DNA of 64,000 nucleotides from an uncultured Actinomycetes bacterium (GCA_963742735.1 CAVUMN010000004.1:608001-672000), one strand, 5' to 3'. Shown: positions 1-9,960, counted from the first letter of the stretch. Notes: generated by a model not told the origin, from the letters alone. A program made the numbers and translations.

Positions 1-681
1 CCGTTCGAGGCCTGGCTCTACCACCGCGTCACCGCCGAGGTGGTCGCGAGCTTCCTGGCGCTGGCCTCCCGGGCGAACGAGCTGGGGGCCGCCGTGGCCG
101 AGCGGTTCGGCGCGTCCGCCCCCGAGAACCTGCCGGTCGAGAGCGAGGAGCAGGTCCGCGCCGGCCTGGAGGAGCTCCAGGCCACCGTGGCCCGGCTGGA
201 CACCGAGACCCTCGCCGGCCACGCGACCGTGGCCGTGCAGAACGGTCTGGACGGCGGCATGTTGCTCGGCTCGTTCGCCGGGCTTGCGGGGATCGTGATG
301 ATCCCGATCTCGATCGGGTTCGGGCTGCTCCTGGGTTGGAAGGCCGTGTCCGGACGGCGGAAGGCGGAGCTCGAGGCCCGCCGTCAGGAGGCGCGCAACG
401 CCGTCGCGCGCTACGTCGAGGAGGTCACCTTCCGGGTCGGCAAGGAGTCCCGGGACACCGTCCGGCGCATCGAGCGAGCCCTCCGCGACGCCTTCGTGGA
501 GCGCGCCGACGAGGCGCGTCGCTCTGCCGACGAGGCCTGGGCTGCGGCCGAGCGGGCCGCGGGGGCGGGGGAGGCCGACCGCGCGAGCCGGCTGCCGGCC
601 GTGGAGGCGGGCCTGGCGGAGCTCGACGCGATCCGGGCGCGGGGCGTGGCCCTGCTCGACGCCCTCCCGGAGACCCCATGA
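1..681 (+). CDS. Dynamin-like protein, IniA-like (C-terminal part; 5' end outside window)
   Basis: Frame open from base 1; helical stalk, hydrophobic hairpin (GGMLLGSFAGLAGIVMIPISIGFGLLLG), then coiled coil (RRQEARNAVARYVEEV); ATGA-coupled to a dynamin GTPase, as in iniA-iniC. Confidence 0.75.
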   Translation, partial: PFEAWLYHRVTAEVVASFLALASRANELGAAVAERFGASAPENLPVESEEQVRAGLEELQATVARLDTETLAGHATVAVQNGLDGGMLLGSFAGLAGIVMIPISIGFGLLLGWKAVSGRRKAELEARRQEARNAVARYVEEVTFRVGKESRDTVRRIERALRDAFVERADEARRSADEAWAAAERAAGAGEADRASRLPAVEAGLAELDAIRARGVALLDALPETP

Positions 682-2132
682 GCGCCTCCCGCGCGATCGA
701 CGGCGTCCGGACCCTGCTCGCCTCGGCCCGGGCGGGCGACGATCCGGCGCCCGCGCTGGACGCCATCGCGGAGCGGCTCGACGAACCGCTGCGACTGGCC
801 ATCGCGGGTCGCGTCAAGGCCGGCAAGTCCACGCTCCTCAACGCGCTTGTCGGGCAGGCCCTGGCGCCGACGGACGCCGGCGAGTCCACGCGGATCGTCA
901 CCTGGTATCGAGACGGCCCCACGTACCGGGCCACCCTGTATCCGCGGCAGGGGCCGCCCCGTCAGGCCCCGTTCCGCGCGGGCGGCGTCGGGGCGGACGT
1001 GGACCTCGGGACGCTCGGCGCCGAGGACGTGGAGCGGCTGGTGGTCGAGTGGCCCTCGGCGGCGCTCCGGGAGACCACGCTGATCGACACGCCGGGACTC
1101 GCCTCGGTCTCGGGGGTGGCCGCCACCACGACGCTGCCGTTCCTCACTCCGGAAGACGGTGACGCCCAGGCCGACGCGGTCCTCTACCTGTTGCGGCACG
1201 TACACCCGGCCGATCTCCAGTTCCTGGAGGCGTTCCATCAGGAGCGCTCCGCGATCTCGCCGGCGAACGCGGTCGGCGTACTGTCCCGCGCGGACGAGGT
1301 GGCGGGCGGACGCGCCGACGCGATCGACGTCGCGCGCCGAACCGCCGAGCGCTACCAGCAGGACCCAAGGCTCCGGCGTCTGTGCGGCGTGGTCGTGCCG
1401 GTGGCCGGGCTGCTCGCCGAGGGCGCGGCCACGATGCAGGAATCGGAGTTCGAGGCCCTCGCGCACCTGGCGAAGCTGCCGGCGGAGGCGACCGACGAGC
1501 TGCTGCTCTCCGTGGACCGCTTCGGCGCCTCTGACGCGCCGGCGGAGCCGGGACGGGCGTCGCGGGCGGCGCTGCTCTCGCGCCTGGGCATCTTCGGGGT
1601 CCGGCGCTCGATCGGCCTGATCCGCGCGGGCGTGTCGAGCTCGGTCGACCTGGCCGCCCAGTTGGCCGAGGACAGCGGCATCAACGAGCTCCGCCGGGTG
1701 CTGGCCTCGGCGATCGCCGCCCGGGCCGGCACGCTCAAGGCGCGCTCCGCGCTGGCGGCGCTGGAAGGGATCGCGCTGGCGAGCTCGGCGAACGGATCCG
1801 AGGACCTGCTCCGCGAGGTCGAGCGCCTGCAGTCCGGCGCGCACGAGTTCGTGGAGATCGAGCTGCTCGGGGCGCTGCGGGCGGGGGCGATCACTCTGCC
1901 CGGTGATCGAGGACCCGAGGCCGAGCGGCTCCTGGGAGCCGCGGGCGGCTCCGCGGCAGGGCGCCTCGGCCTGCCGGAGGACGCGCCGGCCGACCGGGTA
2001 CGGGTCGCGGCGGTCGAGGCGGTGGCCCGCTGGCGCGAGCTGGGGGAGAGCCCGCTCGCCTCTCCGCAGGTCGCCGAGGTGGCCCGCTCGGTGGTCCGCA
2101 CCTGCGAGGGCCTCGTGGCGGAGCTCGCGTGA
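678..2132 (+). CDS. Dynamin family GTPase, IniC-like
   Basis: ATG 678 overlaps upstream stop; G1 GRVKAGKST, G3 LIDTPG, G4-like VLSRADE, and IniC-type GAHEFVE in the C-terminal part. Confidence 0.88.
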   Translation: MSASRAIDGVRTLLASARAGDDPAPALDAIAERLDEPLRLAIAGRVKAGKSTLLNALVGQALAPTDAGESTRIVTWYRDGPTYRATLYPRQGPPRQAPFRAGGVGADVDLGTLGAEDVERLVVEWPSAALRETTLIDTPGLASVSGVAATTTLPFLTPEDGDAQADAVLYLLRHVHPADLQFLEAFHQERSAISPANAVGVLSRADEVAGGRADAIDVARRTAERYQQDPRLRRLCGVVVPVAGLLAEGAATMQESEFEALAHLAKLPAEATDELLLSVDRFGASDAPAEPGRASRAALLSRLGIFGVRRSIGLIRAGVSSSVDLAAQLAEDSGINELRRVLASAIAARAGTLKARSALAALEGIALASSANGSEDLLREVERLQSGAHEFVEIELLGALRAGAITLPGDRGPEAERLLGAAGGSAAGRLGLPEDAPADRVRVAAVEAVARWRELGESPLASPQVAEVARSVVRTCEGLVAELA

Positions 2133-3157
2133 GGGCCCGATCGCGGTTCCCGGCGGCGATGCTCGCGACGATCCTCGCGGTGGCCCTCGTCGCGTGCTCG
2201 GGGTCGCCCGACCAGCGACCATCCCTGGGCCCCTCCGAGCTCTCGCCGTCCGTCCCTCCGGTCGAGCTGACGTGCCCGCCGGCGGGACCGGCCGCCGGGA
2301 CCGGGTCCTGGCAGACCCACGAGGCGCTGAGCGGAGCGTTCACGTTCGACTACCCGTCGGGCTGGACCGACGAGAGCGGGGACATCGGGACCCGGCCGGC
2401 GGACCTCCTGGCGCCGGAGACCATCCGCGAGCTCGGCCTGGACGACGAACCGGTCGACGCCGACGTGGTCCAGGATCCGGCGGCCGACGACAACCTGGGC
2501 GCGTTCCAGGTGCGCGGCGGGGACCTGGACACGGCGACGGTCTACGCGCGCCAGGAGGATCTCGTCGACGCGTTCGTCAACTTCGAGATCACGAAGTCCG
2601 ATCTGGAGGCGTGCGTCGGTGGAACGCCGGCGCTCGGGCTCGAGATCTCCGGCGAGCGCTCGCCCGGCGCGGGCACGCGCGTCCAGCACCTGTTCTATCT
2701 GGTCCGCGACGGCGTGCTGTACGTGCTGTACGTCGACGCCGCCGACCAGGCCGGCGTGACGACCTTCCACAAGGTCTTGCGGACCTGGGCGTGGACGGAG
2801 GAGGCGGCGTCGCCGGACGGCGCCGCGGTCTCCTTCCGCCTGACGGGCACGACGCAGCAGATCGATCCCGACGCGGACAAGCCCGACGGCTTCACCTTCT
2901 CGGAGACGTTCCCGGCCGACGCCCAGCGCGTCTACGTCGTGTACATGTGCGTGGGCGGCGACGCGAACGTGAAGGCCACGTTCGCCCGCGAGGGGACCGT
3001 CGTCGGCGAGGGCGCGCAGCGAACACCCCGGGGCAACTGGGGGTTCTTCTTCCTCCCCGCGCCGGAGGGCGGGTTCCGGCCCGGCGAGTACCAGATCCAG
3101 CTGGAGATCCAGGGGACCGAGGTCGTCGAGCAACTGGAGTTCCGGATCGAGGCGTGA
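2129..3157 (+). CDS. Lipoprotein, possible PsbP-like domain plus C-terminal beta-sandwich
   Basis: Lipobox LVAC, Pro/Ser linker, FTFDYPSGW motif; GTG overlaps the dynamin stop (ATG 2159 is an alternative start). Confidence 0.65.
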   Translation: MRARSRFPAAMLATILAVALVACSGSPDQRPSLGPSELSPSVPPVELTCPPAGPAAGTGSWQTHEALSGAFTFDYPSGWTDESGDIGTRPADLLAPETIRELGLDDEPVDADVVQDPAADDNLGAFQVRGGDLDTATVYARQEDLVDAFVNFEITKSDLEACVGGTPALGLEISGERSPGAGTRVQHLFYLVRDGVLYVLYVDAADQAGVTTFHKVLRTWAWTEEAASPDGAAVSFRLTGTTQQIDPDADKPDGFTFSETFPADAQRVYVVYMCVGGDANVKATFAREGTVVGEGAQRTPRGNWGFFFLPAPEGGFRPGEYQIQLEIQGTEVVEQLEFRIEA

Positions 3158-3195
3158 GGCCCGCCTGATCACGCGGCCCGGCCTATCATCGAACC

Positions 3196-3483
3196 GTGGG
3201 CACGCTCATCCTGATCCTGCTTCTGCTCGCCGCGCTGACCGGCGTGTTCTGGACCGTCCTGAAGGTCACCGCGATCGCGATCCTCACCACGATCCTCACG
3301 ATCATGGTGCTGGTCTGGATCGGGGTCTGGCTCATGAAGCGGCGGTTCAACCGGTTCGTGAACGACCCGCGCGTCCAGGAGCAGGTCCGCCGGTATCGGG
3401 AGGGTGACGGCGGCCCATCCGGCCACGGCGGCGCCATCCCCGCGCAGGGCTGGAAGAAGCCCGAGGAGCCCCCGCCGGGCTGA
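3196..3483 (+). CDS. Small membrane protein
   Basis: Two hydrophobic helices; TATCAT -10-like hexamer 6 nt upstream of GTG. Confidence 0.7.
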   Translation: MGTLILILLLLAALTGVFWTVLKVTAIAILTTILTIMVLVWIGVWLMKRRFNRFVNDPRVQEQVRRYREGDGGPSGHGGAIPAQGWKKPEEPPPG

Positions 3484-3544
3484 GTGGTACAGTCCCAAAC
3501 CCCGCGCACCGGAAGCCTCCGGCGCGCCACCGAAGGAGTTGTGA

Positions 3545-3889
3545 TTGGCGAACGGCGCGATCGAAGAGCAGGGTGAACTCGTCTGGGAGGGCGAGGTCGG
3601 CGGCGTCAGGCTGCGCGTCGACATCCTTCCGTCCGGACGGCTCACCGCCCGCTGGCGGAGCCAGGGGGGAGAGCGCCGAGTCGTCGTCGACACCGAGCAG
3701 GAGCTGGAGCGCCGCGTCCTGTTCGGCCTGATGGTCGGGGGCAACGCCGACGCCGAGGCGGTTCGCAACCTGCTGGGCCGCGTCGCCGAGGCGAAGGCCG
3801 ACCGGCCCGATCCGACGCAGGCGCCGCGCCGCAAGAAGAAGCGCACGCGGCCATCGCGCCGCGGCATGCCTCGCCCCCGCCGCCGCTAG
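3545..3889 (+). CDS. Hypothetical protein with basic C-terminal tail
   Basis: AAGGAG SD before TTG; GC-type codon usage; RRKKKR-rich tail. Confidence 0.6.
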   Translation: MANGAIEEQGELVWEGEVGGVRLRVDILPSGRLTARWRSQGGERRVVVDTEQELERRVLFGLMVGGNADAEAVRNLLGRVAEAKADRPDPTQAPRRKKKRTRPSRRGMPRPRRR

Positions 3890-3905
3890 GCGTCTTCGCG
3901 CCGCC

Positions 3906-5815
3906 CTAGCCCGTTCCCGCCGCCACGACCTCGAGGACCTCGTCCGCGTACCGGTCGAGCTTGGCGGGTCCGACGCCGGGCACCGAGCGGAGCTGGTCCC
4001 GCGTCCGCGGCCGAAGCTCGGCGATCGAGGCCAGCGTGGCGTCGTGGAACACCACGTACGCGGGCACGCCGTCCACGCGCGAGCGCTCCAGCCGCCACCG
4101 CTTGAGCGCGTCGAACAGCTCACCGCCGGCGGCGACCGTCACCTTCGGGCCTCGGACCCGCGGCGAGGACGCCGGCTCGGCCGGGGCGATGCCCTCCAGG
4201 AACGGAGAGCGCCCGGCGCGCGTGCCCAGCGGCCACGTGATCGCGAGGTGCGTGCGGGCTCGCGTGACGCCGACGTAGAACAGCCGCCGCTCCTCGTCCA
4301 CCGGCGCGCGCGACCGGCCGCTGCGGAACGGCAGCTCGCCGTCGAGCAGCCGGGGAAGGAAGACCGCGTCGAACTCGAGCCCCTTCGCGCGGTGGTAGGT
4401 CAGCAGCTGCACGCCGCGGCCCTCCGTCTCGGTCGAGAACCGCCGCCGGAGCTCGCCCACGAAGCCCTCGAGGTCGCCCTCCGGGTTCGCGGCCGCGTAC
4501 TCCGCGGCGAGCTGACGGAGCCGGGCCAGGTCGGCCTGGCGCGTCACCTCCTCGTCGGCGTCGGGCTCGTGCTCGGGGTCGAACCCGAGAGCCTCGGTGG
4601 CCCCGTGCACCGCGGCGGCCACGTCGCCGCCACCCCCCCGCAGGCGGGCGAGCACGCCCCGGGGGCCCGGCCGTCGCAGAAACGCGCCGTCGCGGACCTG
4701 GTAGGCGATCCCCGCCCCGGCGAACGCCTCCTCGTACGGCTCGGTCCGGGCGTTGATCCGGACCAGGACCGCCATCTCCTCCAGCGGCGTCCCCGACGCG
4801 TGCAGCCGCCGCACCGCCTCCAGGACGAACGCCGTCTCGGCCTCCTCGCTCGCCACCGAGTGGACCAGCGGGTCGGGCCCCTTGGGCCGCGTCGCCCGCA
4901 GCCGTTTCTCGAACCCGCCGAGCGACGGCGCCAGCCGGTTGGCGACCTCGAGGATCTCGGGGACGAGCGGTAGTTCTCCTCGAGCCGCACGACGCGGGCG
5001 TCCGGGTAGCGGCGGGCGAAGCCGAGCAGGTGCTCGGGCGAGGCGCCCGTGAACCCGAAGATGGTCTGGTAGTCGTCGCCCACCACGCACAGCTCGTCCC
5101 GACCTCCCAGCCAGGCGTCCAGCAGGGCCTGCTGCAACGGGTTCACGTCCTGGTACTCGTCGACGGTGAAGGCCGCGAACCGCGATCGCATCGTCTCCGC
5201 GGCCTCCGGGTGCTCGGCGAAGAGCCGAACCGCCAACCCGAGCATGTCCTCGAAGTCCAGCCGGTCCATCGCCCGCTTGCGGCGCTCGTAGCCCGCGTAG
5301 ACCCGCTCCATGAGCTCGGGGGGGATGGGGGGCACGCGCTCGCCGAGGGCGCCCAGGTACCGCTCGGGCGGGACCATCCGGTTCTTGGCCCACTCGATCT
5401 CCGAGGCCAGCTCGCGGCGCGCCACGAACTTGTGGGGCATCGGCAGCGCGTTGGCCAGGCTCGAGATCACGGGGGCCTTCGCGTCGAGGATTCCCGGCAG
5501 GGGCTCACCCGTGTGCGCCGTCCACATTCGGGAGAGCTGCCCGAGCGCGGCGGCGTGGAACGTCCGCGCCTCGACCCCGCGCACCCCGAGCCGGGCCAGC
5601 CGGGCTTTCAGCTCCCCGGCCGCCTTCTCCGTGAAGGTCACGGCCAGGATCGCCTCGGCGGGGAACGCCCCCGAGGCGACCTGATGGGCGATGCGCCGGG
5701 TGATGGTGGTGGTCTTGCCGGTCCCGGCCCCGGCCAGGATCGCCACCGGGCCGCGCACGGCCGTGGCCGCCTCGCGCTGCTCCGGGTTCAGGGGATCGAG
5801 GATCGGATCGGCCAC
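3906..5815 (-). CDS. uvrD2: ATP-dependent DNA helicase UvrD2 with HRDC domain (one frameshift near 4960)
   Basis: AGAGTGKT, VTFTEKAA, VDEYQD, VGDDYQTI, ENYRS in one frame; TYHRAKGLEF, EERRLFYVGVTRA and HRDC (VPAYVVFHDATL) in another; one base missing in the G-run 4959-4962. Confidence 0.92.
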
Positions 5816-5861
5816 CCCGCTACCGTAGCGGCCGGGACCGACACTCAGCGAGACGGCGGAG

Positions 5862-6743
5862 CTACGAGGCCAGCCAGCCCGAGATGGCCTCGGCCAGCTC
5901 CTCCCCCTTGTCCTCCTGCAGGAAGTGGCCCGCCCCTTCGACGAGCCGGAAGGGGGCCGCGCCCGGGATCCGATAGGCCAGCCGCGCGCCGGCCCGGGCC
6001 GGAAAGATCGGATCCGAGTCGCTGAACATGACCAGGGCCGGCTTCGCCCAGGCGAACAGCGCCTCGCGCGTGGCGACCATCTCGGCGACGCCCGGGTCCT
6101 CCTCGCTCATCGGCACGAGCAGCGGGAACATCGCCGGCCCGGTCTTCGCGGCCGGTTCCGGGAACGGGGCGTCGTACGCGGCCACGACCTCCGGCGCGAT
6201 GCCCTCGACCGAGCGCTCGATGACCAGGCCGACCGGGAGCTCGAGCCCCGTCCGCTCGGCGAAGTCGCGCCACGCCTGGAACCCCGGGGTGGGCAACCCG
6301 GGGCCTGGACGAAACAGGCCGGTGTTCAGGATGACCAGCCGCACGAACCGCTCCGGACGCTCCACCGTCGCGACGCGCAGGCCGACCGGGCCGCCCCAGT
6401 CATGGACGACCATCGTGGCCCCGGTCAGGTCGAGCTCGTCCACGAGCCACGCCACGGACGCGACGTGGCGGGCGTAGGTGTAGAACTCCCGTTCGGTCGG
6501 CTTGTCCGAGCGGCCGAACCCGAAAAGGTCCGGCGCGACCACCCGATTCGACGCGGCGAGCGGCGGGATCATCTTCCGGTAGAGGTAGGACCAGGTCGGT
6601 TCGCCGTGCAGCATCAGGATCGGCTCGCCGGCGCCCTCGTCTACGTAGTGCATCCGCAGGCCGTCCTGGTCGAGGTACCGTGGCTCGAACGGGTAGCCGG
6701 GGAGGTCGGCGAACCGGGCGTCGGGGGTGCGGTAGGCGTCCAG
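5862..6743 (-). CDS. Haloalkane dehalogenase (alpha/beta hydrolase)
   Basis: RTPDARF N-terminus, HGEPTWSYLYR, nucleophile VHDWGG, GAGHFLQED; the homologous start position carries CTG (6743). Confidence 0.88.
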   Translation of the reverse strand: MDAYRTPDARFADLPGYPFEPRYLDQDGLRMHYVDEGAGEPILMLHGEPTWSYLYRKMIPPLAASNRVVAPDLFGFGRSDKPTEREFYTYARHVASVAWLVDELDLTGATMVVHDWGGPVGLRVATVERPERFVRLVILNTGLFRPGPGLPTPGFQAWRDFAERTGLELPVGLVIERSVEGIAPEVVAAYDAPFPEPAAKTGPAMFPLLVPMSEEDPGVAEMVATREALFAWAKPALVMFSDSDPIFPARAGARLAYRIPGAAPFRLVEGAGHFLQEDKGEELAEAISGWLAS

Positions 6744-6751
6744 GGCGGCGG

Positions 6752-7831
6752 CTACGGGTTGAGGACGAAGATCTGGTTCGGGTCGCTGAAGTAGATCCGC
6801 CCGTCGGGCGCCGCGACCATCGCCAGGACGCCCTCGTTGTGGTCGTACAGGATCGACGTCGAGGTGATGTTCTGCCGATCGGCGCTGAGGATCGACCTGC
6901 GGATGGTCCCGTCGTTCCACGCGCCCATGAGGAGCGTGCCCTCGGTTGCCGCCCCCAGCCCGCACGCGTCGCAGAACACCAGGCCGGTGGGGGCGATGGT
7001 CGGGTTGAAGAGCGCCTTCGGGAACAGCCGGGGCGCCGGGCCGTCTCGGTTGGTGTCCTCCGCGTCGGCCGGGGAGCCGCAGGACTGGTTCGGGCCCCAC
7101 GCGAAGTTGCCGCCGGCCACGATCTTGTTCTCCTCGTCGTTGCAGCTCGGGCCGTTCTCGCTGATCCACAGCGCGCCCGTCTCCGGGTCGATGTCGAGGC
7201 CGAACATGTTGCGGTGCCCGTAGGAGAAGACCTTGTTCCCGAACGGGTTCCCGGCGACGGCCTTGCCCCCGCCCGTGAGGCGGAGCACCTTGCCCAAGAG
7301 GTTGGCCGTGTTCTGGGCGTTCGCCGGGACGCCGATCTCGCCGACCAGCACGTAGAGGCGCTTGCCCGGCCCGAAGAGCAGCGTGCCCCCGTTGTGGATC
7401 GTCCCCGCCTTCATGGTCGTGATGACCAGCTGCGAGACTCCCACCCCGTTCTGGACCTTGATGCGGATGAGCTGGTTCTGGGGCTGGCCGCTGACCGTCC
7501 GGGTCACGTAGGCGTACACGAAGGGCTTCGTCGGGTAGTCCGGATGGGACACGACGCTGAGCAGTCCCTGCTCGCCCGCGGTGGCGACGTTCGTGAACGT
7601 CCACACCAGCGTGCTGGAGAGGGTGGCGGGGTCGAAGAACCGGACCTCGCCGGTGAACCGCTCGCCGTACACGATCCGGCCCGCCGGAAGGAACGAGAAC
7701 CCCGCGGGGAAGTCCAGGCTCGAGGCGATCGCCGTCACGGAGACGGCGTGGGCGGCCGGCACCGGCACGCTCACCGACAGGGGGATCTGCAGCAGCAGCG
7801 CGGCGAGGACCGCGACCAACGCTCGCTTCAT
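6752..7831 (-). CDS. Secreted PQQ-dependent sugar dehydrogenase (GSDH beta-propeller)
   Basis: Signal peptide; GEQGLL, HNGG, GKVLRL, SYGHRN, ENGP, GGNFAW motifs. Confidence 0.88.
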   Translation of the reverse strand: MKRALVAVLAALLLQIPLSVSVPVPAAHAVSVTAIASSLDFPAGFSFLPAGRIVYGERFTGEVRFFDPATLSSTLVWTFTNVATAGEQGLLSVVSHPDYPTKPFVYAYVTRTVSGQPQNQLIRIKVQNGVGVSQLVITTMKAGTIHNGGTLLFGPGKRLYVLVGEIGVPANAQNTANLLGKVLRLTGGGKAVAGNPFGNKVFSYGHRNMFGLDIDPETGALWISENGPSCNDEENKIVAGGNFAWGPNQSCGSPADAEDTNRDGPAPRLFPKALFNPTIAPTGLVFCDACGLGAATEGTLLMGAWNDGTIRRSILSADRQNITSTSILYDHNEGVLAMVAAPDGRIYFSDPNQIFVLNP

Positions 7832-7874
7832 CGCCTCAAGTATCGGCTATTTCCGCCGGGAGCAAACGCCCGGG

Positions 7875-9008
7875 TCAGGTCCGGCCGGCCTCGATCGTCT
7901 GCTGGACCTCCTGGGCCCGCTTGGGGTCGATCCCGGCGATCTTCGCCGCCGCCTCGGCCTCGGCGCTCAGGGCGCGGTTCTCGTCGAGCTTGCGGGCCAG
8001 CGCCTCGTCCTGCGCCGAGAGGGTGTCGGGGTCCTCGTCCTTGTAGTGGTACACGCCCATGTCCTTGTAGGCGGCCTGGATCTTGGGACCCCAGAGGCCG
8101 ATGTCCTTTACCGTCGGCACGATACGGCTGAACAACATCTTGCGGAACTCCGTGAGCATCTCGGAGGTCTCGACGTACTCCATGCACTTGTCGACGTCGA
8201 AGCCCAGGGTCTCCCACACCTCCTTCGCCATCAGCCGGTCGCGCATCAGGTAGCAGGCCTCGACCACGAACTCCTCCCGCTCGTCGCGCTCGGCCTGGGT
8301 GATGTTCGGGTAGAAGTCGCGCAGGGCGAGCCGGCCGAAGGCGACGTGGCGGGCCTCGTCCTGCATCACGTAGGTGTTGATCGCCTTCGCCAGGGGCTCC
8401 TCGGTGTAGTCCCGGATCAGGGAGAAGGCCGCCAGGGCGAGGCCCTCGATGATGACCTGCATCCCCAGGTAGGTCATGTCCCACCGCGAGTCCTCGATGA
8501 CCTGGTTGAGCAGGGTCTTCAGGTGCGGGTTGATCGGATAGGCAAGGCCGATCTTCTCTCGGAGGTACTTCGAGTACATCTCCACGTGGCGGGCCTCGTC
8601 GATGACCTGGGTCGACGCATAGAACTTCGAGTCGATGTCGGGGACGGTCTGCACGATCTTGGCCGCACAGATCAGGGCGCCCTGCTCGCCGTGGAGGAAC
8701 TGCGAGTTGAGCCAGGACCCCATGTGCAGCCGCAGCTCCGCCTTCCCGGCCTCGTCGAGGGCCTCCCACATGTCCGAGCCGTAGATCGGGATGTAGTAGT
8801 CGGGGGCGTTGTCCTCCGATCCCGGTACCACGTCGATCGACCAGTCCAGTCGGTGTTGCGCGTTCCACTGTTTGTCCTTGCCCTTCTCGTACAGGTTCAG
8901 CAGGCGATCGCGCGTCTCGTCGTACTCCCAGTTGAAGATCGTGGTGCTGCCGGAGGGGACCTCCCACCTGGTCTGCTCGATCGGGTGCGTGTAGTAGCGA
9001 GTGCTCAC
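7875..9008 (-). CDS. Ferritin-like diiron protein (AurF/N-oxygenase-like family)
   Basis: SQFLHGEQGA, two DEARH motifs, IIEGLALAAF; GTG 9008 overlaps the TetR stop. Confidence 0.85.
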   Translation of the reverse strand: MSTRYYTHPIEQTRWEVPSGSTTIFNWEYDETRDRLLNLYEKGKDKQWNAQHRLDWSIDVVPGSEDNAPDYYIPIYGSDMWEALDEAGKAELRLHMGSWLNSQFLHGEQGALICAAKIVQTVPDIDSKFYASTQVIDEARHVEMYSKYLREKIGLAYPINPHLKTLLNQVIEDSRWDMTYLGMQVIIEGLALAAFSLIRDYTEEPLAKAINTYVMQDEARHVAFGRLALRDFYPNITQAERDEREEFVVEACYLMRDRLMAKEVWETLGFDVDKCMEYVETSEMLTEFRKMLFSRIVPTVKDIGLWGPKIQAAYKDMGVYHYKDEDPDTLSAQDEALARKLDENRALSAEAEAAAKIAGIDPKRAQEVQQTIEAGRT

Positions 9009-9595
9009 CGGCGCGCCTCCTTCTGTTCCTGAAGTGCCTTGGACAGGATGCGGGCGATCTCTCGGGCGACGACCTCGGGCGGGTCGTCGGGCGGGGTCAG
9101 GGCGTAGGACAGGATGGCGCGGGCCGCGAGGTCGGCGGCGCGGTGCACGAGCGAGCCGTCGACGCCCGGCCACGCCGACGCGAGCTCTTCCATCACGGCG
9201 CGGGCGTTCTCGAGGACGCCGCCGCCGCGGGTGGTCAGGTAGGGGAGCAGGATCTCCGGCTCCGAGGCCAGCAGGCGGTCGAGCAGGGGGTGCCGGCGAG
9301 CCAGCTGCAGACAGAACAGGACGGAGTCCTCGATGGCGGCCTCGAGGTCGTCGTGGTGGGCGTAGGCCGCGCGGGCCCCGTTCAGGAAGGCCTCCTCCTC
9401 GCGGAGGACCAGCTCCGTGACCAGAGCGTCCTTCGAGTCGAAGTAGCGGTACACGCTCTGCCGGGAGAGGCCGGCCTCGCGCGCGACGTCCTCCATGGTG
9501 AACCGGGAGAGCCCGAACGCCGCCACGGCGCGGAAGGCGGCGTCCATGATCCGCGGCCGTGTCTCGGTGCGCAGGGCCTCGGCCGTCGTCGCCAT
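9005..9595 (-). CDS. TetR/AcrR family transcriptional regulator
   Basis: HTH TMEDVAREAGLSRQSVYRYFDSKDAL. Confidence 0.93.
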   Translation of the reverse strand: MATTAEALRTETRPRIMDAAFRAVAAFGLSRFTMEDVAREAGLSRQSVYRYFDSKDALVTELVLREEEAFLNGARAAYAHHDDLEAAIEDSVLFCLQLARRHPLLDRLLASEPEILLPYLTTRGGGVLENARAVMEELASAWPGVDGSLVHRAADLAARAILSYALTPPDDPPEVVAREIARILSKALQEQKEARR

Positions 9596-9600
9596 GAGCG

Positions 9601-9632
9601 TGACAGTAGGACGAAATCTGTCAAGTTGTCAA
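9601..9632 (-). promoter_or_regulatory. Sigma70-type leaderless promoter of tetR overlapped by an inverted repeat (putative TetR operator)
   Basis: Minus strand TTGACA (9632-9627), 18 nt, TACTGT (9608-9603), 7 nt, ATG; palindrome TGACAG-N11-CTGTCA at 9601-9623. Confidence 0.65.
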
Positions 9633-9753
9633 GCGAGGTGGACCGGGTGGAACGAACCGAGCGTCCAGAGCGTCAATTCCGGTGAGCGACGCATGAACTT
9701 CAGTCGCGGGGGAAAGAAATCGGACGATCCCGACGCCCGGGAAGGGGAAGCAG

Positions 9754-9960
9754 ATGGCGCTTCGAATCGAGGATCTGGAGCGGGAGTCGCTCTACCGCCG
9801 CTACCTGGAGGCGCTGAACCGCCACGGCCAGCCGGAGGAACCGGTGCCGTCGCCGGGTCACGCGATCCGCCACTGCCCCACGTGCGGCGCGCACACCATG
9901 TTCACCCTCGACCCCGAGGGCACGTGGTACGAGTGCACCCGCTGCAAGCACTACGCCTGA
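9754..9960 (+). CDS. Small zinc-ribbon protein (68 aa)
   Basis: CPTC...CTRC; purine-rich SD upstream. Confidence 0.7.
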   Translation: MALRIEDLERESLYRRYLEALNRHGQPEEPVPSPGHAIRHCPTCGAHTMFTLDPEGTWYECTRCKHYA

